Shown here one piece after another: positions 37,401 through 45,526 of a stretch of DNA of 45,526 bases. Every line of letters begins with the position of its first letter. The stretch's first letter is position 1. The translations under genes and the position numbers were made by a program. This stretch comes from Folioceros fuciformis (Eukaryota), in the NCBI GenBank assembly GCA_049999805.1, contig JBNGIO010006183.1, positions 186,414 through 231,939 on the forward strand, read 5' to 3'. The notes below the pieces were generated by a model. The model did no database searches, was not told where the DNA came from, and saw nothing but the letters and a program-made list of their open reading frames with translations.

Positions 37401-38725
37401 ATGGCTGTCGCTGCAGCTGGCTGCGCATGGCGGCGCCCGTCGCTGCAGCGACAGCTGCAGCAGCAGTGGATGAAGGAGAAGCCGACTGCGCAACGAGTTG
37501 CTGCGCGGAAGACTCGCGCTTGTGCCGGTGGCGGTGTGGTGCATCAAGAGGAGGATGAGGTGTGTCGGGGGTTTAGCAGGGGCAGACTGCTCAGCGAAGT
37601 GAGTACGTGGGGGATTGGGGGACCTGCGAGCTACTTCGCGGAGGTGACGGATTCGATACGCCTCGCTGCTTGTTTGAGGTGAGGATAATTTAGGTGCCTC
37701 AAGACGTGGTTAGGTTTTCTGAGATTTGGAGTCGGTGCCCTGAGTTGAATGAATGAGAGCGGTTTCGGTTGGCGTCCAGATACTGCCAAAGGCACGACCT
37801 TCGGTGTCTTGTGTTAGGAAAGGGCTCCAATTGTCTGTTTGATGACCGTGGATTTGATGGATTAGTGCTGCTCAACCGGATCGACTTCGTCCAGTGCTGC
37901 GGGGCAGGGGTGTATCGCGCAGGTAGCGGCCACGCCTTCAATCTTCTAGGGATCCGCTGCTCCAAGGAAGGGTTTTCCGGGTTGGAGTTTGCGTGTGGGA
38001 TCCCTGGTACTGTGGGAGGAGCCGTGTATATGAACGCTGGGGCGGACGGGCAGGTGGGTGGTTCTCGACTGCTGCTGTGGTGAATGACAGGGTGGCGTTG
38101 CGGGGTGAACGCTCTGTACTCAATCGTGTGGTTTGCCTTGCAGCAAACGTCGGATGTCCTCACCGCTGTAGAAGTGGTGACTGGAGACGGGGAGGTTCGT
38201 GTACTGTCCAGAGAAAAGGGCCAGCTTCAGTATGCTTATCGTTCGTCACCTTTCCAGCGAATGCAGGGCTTTTTTGCCATCACCGCTGCGACTTTCCAGT
38301 TGTCAGCAAGCCTCAGTGCAAGAGAGAGACAAAGATCGTACTTAGACAGGTACGTCCCCGGGCTGCCGGTGCTGTCCTGAAGCTGTCGAGTCTCATTCCT
38401 CTCGTCGCTAACTTACTCCCTGGCCGCTTCTTCCAGGAGGAAGAGAACCCAGCCCGTGACCGAGCGTTCTGCTGGCTGTGTTTTCCGGAATCCTGGCGTC
38501 GGGGGACTCTCTGCCGGGGCCCTCATCGACCAGGCTGGTCTGAAGGGTGTGCGAGTTGGCGACGCTGCGGTCTCAGAGTTGCATGCCAACTTTTTGGTGA
38601 ACTTAGGGAACTCCAAAGCTGCGGATATGCTGTCCCTGATCTCTCTCGTCAAAGAGCGGGTTCGCGACACTTCTGGAGTAGATCTGCATGAGGAGATTAT
38701 CCATGTACCTTACACTCTCGTGTAG
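37401..38725 (+). CDS. murB: UDP-N-acetylenolpyruvoylglucosamine reductase (plastid peptidoglycan synthesis), 4 exons, with N-terminal transit-like extension
   Basis: STWGIGGPA, LGKGSNCLFDDRGFDG, GLEFACGIPGTVGGAVYMNAGA, YAYRSSPF, TQP...SAGCVFRNP, AGALIDQAGLKG, VSELHANFLVN, L.EEI. Exons 37401-37678, 37780-38053, 38144-38349, 38437-38725. Confidence 0.96.
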
Positions 38726-40174
38726 TTGACACGAAGCATCGTAATTGCTGAGACTTGCTGTGTGTGCCAATCGTCGTAAGCAAGTGGGTGTGGGTTCCGG
38801 AGGAGGATGTCCTATGTAGATCTGTGAAACGTGTTTGAAGGTCCTAGGGGAGGTGGAATATCCAAAGTTTCCTCTTGCCAAGTTAAAGGCACCGGAGAGT
38901 AAAAGGCACCGGCGGCCTATGCGGAGCACGCCTGACCTGCTGTGGTACGCCTCCTGGCTCGGATGATGACGACACCTGATGCCGCGCCGCAGCATCCAAA
39001 ACGTCGGAGCATGTAGTGAGTATGGTAGAAGGGCTCATAGGGACGAATTTGTTGCTCAAACGAGCAGAGAATCTGTAGAAGTACATCCCAATGTCTGGGG
39101 CGGGCTGTAGGCACTTCTATCTTAAAGCGCCAATCACCCAACCAGTAGTGTGTGTAATGACCAAAGATTCCAAAGGCGAGCTAATCCCGAGGGAAATGAG
39201 CAGAGTTGCAAGTGTCAGCAATAAATCGCCTCCGCTGAGGCCCGACAACCGTCAAAGCAGAGCAAGGTGGTTGTGCGGCGCAGCTTAGATACGCGTAACT
39301 GAATCTCGAGGCGCGGAGTCCAGGACTTGGCGGCCACCAGTGAGCGAAGCAGAGCCGAGCTGCTCTCATTGCTCTGCCACTGCCACTGCCTTACCTTGCC
39401 TTCCCAGCTCGTCCTTTACACCGATGTCTGAGAGCCTGACCGCCTGGCGGGCCGGCTGCTGCGAACAGATCTCTCATCACTCGGCCTTGGCGGCCCCCGC
39501 CACTCACTCTCCGCCCGGCGCCGGCCTGGGCTGGCCTGGGCTCGGCGCACTCGGCCAGTGATCAGATCATGCGCTCCCGAGATGAAGCCCGTTGGGAATG
39601 AGCCGCTATCCTCCAACTGTTGACTGGCTCTGCCCTTCCCTCTTTCATGAAGATGAAAGAGAATTCCGCGTCACCTATCCGCTCTATCCAGCCGGCTGAA
39701 CCCGCCGGCGCTCATCGCACTTCACGGGTAAGCTTGACGTTGTGAAAACTGGTGCGTCGACGGCAGCCGGCTGCGAGCCACGGCCAGCCGGTACAGTGCA
39801 CCTGGACCGCATCCTGCTGCTCTGCCATGAAGCCTCGAGCCCCCGAGGGCAGCTGCGATGCGATCCGGGGCCAGGCCAGGCCAAGCCATGCCAGGCTAGG
39901 CTAGGCGGCAATTGATTGTGCACAAATCGATCGATCCACAGAGCATTTGCGATGCTTATCGATTAGCCGGCTGATATTGTGTGCAGGAAGCGTGTTCGAT
40001 GTGAGACATAGATTGACAGCGTTGTTGAACGCAATTTGATGAATCATACAAAAGTGAGGCTATAAGGAAGTGAGCTAGCTAGGCTACTCGCAGGGCTGCT
40101 GACTCATGATTTCATTTCAGCTGCACAAAATGTGAATCAAGCACTTCACTCCACAGACTCCGCCTACAGAACGC

Positions 40175-40274
40175 NNNNNNNNNNNNNNNNNNNNNNNNNN
40201 NNNNNNNNNNNNNNNNNNNNNNNNNNNNNNNNNNNNNNNNNNNNNNNNNNNNNNNNNNNNNNNNNNNNNNNNNN
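40175..40274. other. Assembly gap (100 N)
   Basis: Run of exactly 100 N, a typical scaffold placeholder; true distance unknown. Confidence 0.99.
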
Positions 40275-40462
40275 CGGGGGGGCGGGGGGTGTGTGTGTTG
40301 CTACGGCGTCGAAGAAGCAAGAAAGCGTGTAGGCAGACTGATTTGCGAGGCAGCTAATCGCAAGTCCTGAATTCTACTTCTCCCGCCCCTGCCGACGACG
40401 TCCTAGCATTGAGCCTCCTGCAGTGGCATACAAAAAAGAAGAAGGATGGAGTAGCAAGGAAA

Positions 40463-40948
40463 TCAAGCTCCGAACCACACCAAGTGGGTGGAGGTGTCGA
40501 GATCGTAGTGATGGCTGCTGGATGACGAGTCTAGCCCCAGATGCAGCGCGGTGTCGTAGTCGTGGTCGGAGCCGTCCCGGCAGCCGCTCTTGCTCGAGTC
40601 GCTGTCCTTGGACCTGCGGTTGGCCGAGGAGCAGGAGCCCCGCGATCGGCCCAGTCGCAGCTCCAGGTCCAGGTCCAGTTCCCGGTCGGCCCCTTCCTCC
40701 GCCTCCTCCGCCTGCGCGTAGTGCTGGGTTCTGAGGCTGGAGCCGGAATCGGGTGTGGCGTCCACCAGGTCGCGCAGCGCCGTGAGCAGGAAGTCGTCGC
40801 CCCTGCGGCGGGCGTCCGCGAAGAATTTGGTGGCCTGCGCGTCTGACCAATTTCGTTGGTATATCGCGTTCAGGATGCCGCTCATCATCTGGCCCGACAC
40901 CCGCTCTTCCAGGCCCGCCAGCCAGCTGACCCACTCAGGGCTGCCCAT
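40463..40948 (-). CDS. Small intronless protein (161 aa) with N-terminal RST-like helical domain and C-terminal EAR motifs
   Basis: ATG 40948 in a good context (GCCATGG); strongly GC3-biased codons; LDLDLELRLG EAR motif plus DTALHLGL; pyrimidine-rich leader, a TATA-like stretch (~41353-41366) and a G-box (41393-41398) upstream. Confidence 0.7.
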   Translation of the reverse strand: MGSPEWVSWLAGLEERVSGQMMSGILNAIYQRNWSDAQATKFFADARRRGDDFLLTALRDLVDATPDSGSSLRTQHYAQAEEAEEGADRELDLDLELRLGRSRGSCSSANRRSKDSDSSKSGCRDGSDHDYDTALHLGLDSSSSSHHYDLDTSTHLVWFGA

Positions 40949-43629
40949 GGCTGCCGCTAAGCCTTGCGATTGCACGGCCTGCTAGCGCTGCTGGTTGCGA
41001 GTTTGGAGTGGAATTGAAATGGGCTGGGTGGAATGGGAATGGCGATGGGAACGGAGACGGGGACGGAAACGGGTGACGGGTGACGGATGACGGATCCAGA
41101 GGAAATGGACTCCCGGAGAGGACTGAGCCCCGGACTGAGACTGACTGAGCAACAAAATGCAGACTCTGAGGGGCCGGAGAGCTGGAAAGCGGCGGGCCGG
41201 AGGCGGGTGAGAGAGGCACAAGACAAGACAGACAGACGGGACGCGCCACACCCCAGAGAGAAGAGCGGAGAAGGCTGACTGGAGAAGCAGTAGCCTGCAG
41301 CCCAGAGCTTTGTGCACACAATGACGCTTGAGGGAATCTCGAGAGAATCCTCCTTTATGTTAAAAAGCGGGCATGCTGTGGGCTTGCGAGATCACGTGCC
41401 GTTTCAGCCACCACCCTAAACCCATCAATCTAACATCGGCATCACCTCTGCCTCCTGCCTCGCCGCGCCGCTTACACGCGGGTGTTAGATTCTAGTACCA
41501 TTCTAAGTGGGCGGTTAAGATTCTACTGGATCTTGACGCAGTTTTCACTTATGGGCCATCGTCAATTTGGTGACCAGTTGATTACATTCCTCCACGCTCG
41601 TCCACGGAGCCCTTTGATTCCACCGGGAACCAGACCGGTGCTGCCGGAATATCATATGCCTTCTTCCCTCACAACGCCCGCGCTTGTACTATCCAATATG
41701 CATCCAACGCCACTTGCAGATGGCCCTGCGACCTGCTATGGAGGTACTACCTACATGAACACGGTCTCCCAACTGTGCTTGTGCTTGTGCCTGCGCCTGA
41801 GCCTGTACACTACCAAATCAAATCAAAATTGAATGAGGTTGGATTTGGCTGCGGGAATAAGGCTGTTGCGGAATATCTGATGGGTGGACTTTTGTGCAGC
41901 AGCCTGGAGGGAAGACTCCACTGGGTACGCTGTACTGGTGAGGTGGGCGAAGGAATTTGTTGTTTGGGGAAATGAGCAAAGTCTGATGTGGGCTGTGGCC
42001 GCTATGTAAAGCGTAAAAGGGCCCAGGCCCGACCGAGACCCAGACGCAGGCCCATGCCCATGCCCACGCCGCAGGGCAAAGCTGGAGCTTCTTTCCTTAA
42101 ATGCCCCCAACCTGCTCCATCTCTCAACATGCTCTCATCTTAACGACCTGACCCCAAGTTGGATAGATAGGGCATTTGTATAGGGCAGCTAAAAAGCTTG
42201 GGTATTTTTGAAAAAGAAAAGTCGTTTTTTTTTAAACTCAAAAGGAGGGCCATCTTCAGATTCCACAGAGCATTACTCTTGTGGCGACGTTGACGAGGAT
42301 GATAGTGGTTAACGGTCTGCAGCTGCAGTCGGGCCGGGTGGCGGGATCAACAACTCACTCATCCTCATGAAACAGACACAGCCGTTTAAATGCTGCAAAC
42401 ACACACCCAGGATTATGGATCATGGTTGTTGCAGGAGAGAATCAATGCAACTTTGTCTTCTGCCTTGTGGAAGTGAAATCGACAGCAAGCCCCCTTCCCC
42501 AACGTCCCAGCCCAGCGTATTTCGAAGCCTGCCTTTCCCGTCACCTGGTTTAGGGCTCCGATTCCGATTACCCTTGCTGCCTACAGTCGTGCGCGCAAGT
42601 GCGCTGCAGATGTGGCAGCGAACCGGACAGATGACTTCAGCGCTGTTTTGTCCTCCCGAACTTGTCTCCCACCTCTAAACCATCATATAAGCCAAAGAGG
42701 CGGGAAGAAGATGTCCGAATGCAACACACAAATCCAGGAGCCCAGATCAGAAGCTTCAAGCTACCATCCGTTGTGGGTCCATTTGGCGAGAACCCCTCCG
42801 GATCCGGGTCCGGGTGCGGGTGCTGCTGATGGTGAGGCGAACAGAGTCAAACAAAACCTTTTCAAGGAATTTTTCACACCAGAAAAGTAGACCATCTGTA
42901 CATTGAGACACGGAACGAGTCTGGGCATATCGCATGCGAATGTCAAGCATCAAACACCAAGAGTCCTTACGATGCAAGCCATCGACGAGCCCATCTAATT
43001 CTTACAGCTGAGCAGATATCAGTCAAGGGTCACGTCTTGTCGCCCCGAAGCAAGTCTCCACAACTTAGCACGGGTAGGAACGAAACCCCTCGACATAAAA
43101 AGGAATAACACGACAGAATGAATTGATGATGTCTTCGGTAGTAATCACCTTGACGTCTCTCGGGACTATCTACTCTCAAGGATCATTTACCACATGAAGG
43201 ACTGCCATAAATTAAGGCACAGCTGTGCAAGACTCAAACGGAAGGGATAGGACCGTAAGGTTCAGACAAGAAATACGATCTGACCTCAACCCACCTCTTG
43301 TCGTTGGGAATGAAGGATTGTCCAAGCTACCCACTTGCACAACCTGCTTGAGGCACACGTCGTTCTATCATCAATGCAGGCTACTACAGAGTAGCATGCA
43401 AAAACTGGGATATACTTTTTTTCTCATCTTACATCCTCCTTCAGTCGAAGTCCAGCAACTTGATGCTGACGATAAACCGACTCAGATGCTCAGATGAAGA
43501 GAACCTGACAAGAGGAGAGCCAATTCCAGGTCACAGCCTCCAGCTCCGTCAACCTGCAACTTTCCACCTCACTCCTGTGAAGCGTAATCCCCATCTCACT
43601 GACACATATCCACATATCTGCTCGACTCC

Positions 43630-45526
43630 TCAAGATCCATAGAACCCTATCTGTTCCTCAAAGGAAAAGTCTAAGGGCCCTTCCATAGGCCCTCCAAAAT
43701 CAAACGTATGATCAAACATACCATCTGGTAAAGGCATATCGTCTTGAAGTGGTTCAAAGTGGCCATCCAGTATCTGGCTGCTCGAAGTGCTGCCCTGAAC
43801 AGCTCCGTTGCCCACCCCCCCCCAGTCGTAGACGTGCCCATGCCGGACAACTTCATCTCTACTTTCCATCCTCACTCCTCTAGCACTACTCATAGAAACC
43901 TGACCATTCCCGTGACCCTGGCCATCCATCAGGGGAGGAATCTCCACGTTGGTGGCAGGGTTGTTGTCGGACCTCCCATACACGCTGGCAAAACACTCCT
44001 GCAAAGGCGGCTGTTGGCTCCTGGCTCCTCCCATCTTGTGACCAGCGACAGCCATAGACACAAAGCCACTAGTGCCCTGATTAATGCCATCCACTCGAGT
44101 TTGGAACATGCCTTTCCCTGCACCTGCCTGTAAAACATTATGCGCTGAACCATTTTGCACGTACATGGGCCCAGTCGGCTCGAACTGATGCGAGCACGCA
44201 ATTTGATGAGAGTTTCTGGCGTTTCTATCAACAAAACCATGTGCTGCGTCATGATGGTAACAAGCTTCATACGGACAGGTGAAGGCCATGTTATCGATTG
44301 GTGATGACTCCTCTCCTATCCTTCTCTTCCTCCAGTTGTCTCCTTCCTGTGCTCTTGGAGGCAGCTGCTGGACATTTTGGTCTTCCCCGTCAGTGGGTCT
44401 CAGAGCAGCCTTTTGTTCAGGAAATAAGGGAGGCCGACTGCCATTCATGTTGTCACTGTAGGCATCCACACCTGCAGAGGGAGGGCGTTGGCGTGATGGC
44501 AGGCTGCCTACAATAACCTCATACTGCTCTACATCTCCTTCCGGACCCTCGTCGCTCGCTCCCCTGTCATTGATGAAGTGGTCAAAACCGTCGACGTCAT
44601 ACTCACTGGCACTATTGGCTGGCAAGAATGAAGAGGCATCTGTAGCCCCATGGATGGCACTGCTACTGACTACGCCAGCGGCGGACTTATTCATCTGGCG
44701 AGCGAGGGTCTCTTCCTGCTGCAAAACAGAGAGCCAGGTGGCACTCTCCTTGGCAGTCATCTTATCCTGCAGGCACTTGGACTGTCTCACCAGCTTCCTG
44801 ATTTTAGTGATGTCCGGAGACATGTGCTTGATGACAGCCGTGAGCACACCCACCTTCCAAGCCTTCTTCAAATCATGGGGCTTCTTGTAGGGAGGGGCTC
44901 CCTGCCCCTTGGACAGCCCGACCTCGGGCCACCAGTCCTCGTTCCCGGTGGGCCACCAGGGGGGAGGCTGGCCTTTCTCCAAGGGATACCTCCGCTGCGG
45001 AGGCTCGCAGTGCTGCATGAGTGCAGAGAGCAGCGAGCCGAGAGTGGTGTCCTGCAGCTCCTGCAGCGTGTGGGGGGTGGGGGCAGCCGCAGCCACCCCC
45101 TCCAGCTTCCCGGGAACACTGTGCTCAGCCTGGTACTTGGCTATGGCAGCAGGCCCATTCCTGTCGAACCTCACCTTCTCCTTCCACCAGGCCCTGATGT
45201 TGTCAGACGCCCCGCTCACAGGCTTCCCCTTCTCGGGAATGATGCCGTAGACGAAGCCCTGCGCCTTGCACACCTCCATCATCTTGAGCATGTACTTGAG
45301 GATGCCGTCCTGGGCCCGGGACATTTTCTTACGCCTGGCCTGCTCATGCGACTGCTTCTGCTTCGGCTTGTCGTTGGCCTCCTTGGTCTTCTGCATCTCC
45401 TTCATGCGCTTGTACGTGATGCGGTCCTTCCACATTCGCCTCTCAAGCTCCTCGATCTCGATGGTCTCGTCATCGCTGAGATCATCCTGCGTGCCGTCCC
45501 CGTCATTGTCCCCCCCAAAGTCCCCC
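43630..45526 (-). CDS. EIN3: ETHYLENE INSENSITIVE 3 / EIL transcription factor, 5'-partial (frame is open to the window end)
   Basis: [142 protein letters not shown], and a C-terminal FTCPY..C.H....[13 protein letters not shown] motif. Confidence 0.97.
   Translation of the reverse strand, partial: GDFGGDNDGDGTQDDLSDDETIEIEELERRMWKDRITYKRMKEMQKTKEANDKPKQKQSHEQARRKKMSRAQDGILKYMLKMMEVCKAQGFVYGIIPEKGKPVSGASDNIRAWWKEKVRFDRNGPAAIAKYQAEHSVPGKLEGVAAAAPTPHTLQELQDTTLGSLLSALMQHCEPPQRRYPLEKGQPPPWWPTGNEDWWPEVGLSKGQGAPPYKKPHDLKKAWKVGVLTAVIKHMSPDITKIRKLVRQSKCLQDKMTAKESATWLSVLQQEETLARQMNKSAAGVVSSSAIHGATDASSFLPANSASEYDVDGFDHFINDRGASDEGPEGDVEQYEVIVGSLPSRQRPPSAGVDAYSDNMNGSRPPLFPEQKAALRPTDGEDQNVQQLPPRAQEGDNWRKRRIGEESSPIDNMAFTCPYEACYHHDAAHGFVDRNARNSHQIACSHQFEPTGPMYVQNGSAHNVLQAGAGKGMFQTRVDGINQGTSGFVSMAVAGHKMGGARSQQPPLQECFASVYGRSDNNPATNVEIPPLMDGQGHGNGQVSMSSARGVRMESRDEVVRHGHVYDWGGVGNGAVQGSTSSSQILDGHFEPLQDDMPLPDGMFDHTFDFGGPMEGPLDFSFEEQIGFYGS

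Noticed and set aside
38883-39700. Short ORFs and a partial miR390-site-like string (gccgctatcctcc at ~39602) suggesting a TAS3 locus
   Set aside because: The match is partial, and there is no second miR390 site or tasiARF/tasiAP2 sequence
41480-43620. Several 60-116 aa ORFs between the RST-EAR gene and EIN3
   Set aside because: No coding bias or recognisable motifs; consistent with the EIN3 3' UTR and the promoter of the downstream gene

Overview
Gene-dense nuclear DNA from a non-seed land plant, most likely a hornwort such as Anthoceros. This is inferred from the ~70-110 nt introns, a DYW:KP-type PPR, 51-aa long-L PPR motifs and a nuclear MurB gene. In order the window holds: tRNA-Gln(UUG) (-); a WAKL receptor kinase (+); a PLS-PPR with a KPAxA/HAE variant DYW domain, a candidate U-to-C editing factor (+); a major LHCII Lhcb gene (-); the NRPS-like AAE19/AASDH gene (-), head-to-head with a PLS-E+ PPR (+); a ~3 kb AT-rich island with decayed Ty1/copia fragments and a degenerate minisatellite; arginyl-tRNA synthetase (-); a Pro-rich single-pass membrane protein (+); CFDP1/SWC5 (+); an ABCG24/28-type half transporter (-); plastid peptidoglycan enzyme MurB (+); a 100-N assembly gap; a small orphan protein with an RST-like helical domain plus EAR motifs (-); and a 5'-truncated EIN3/EIL gene (-). 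The most interesting leads are the RST-like+EAR putative co-repressor adaptor, the DYW:KP editing factor with a readable PPR code, the long-L PPR repeats, a duplicated exon start in CFDP1 and an intergenic pre-miRNA-like hairpin. All exon models were read by eye from GT-AG sites and reading-frame continuity; no database searches were run.
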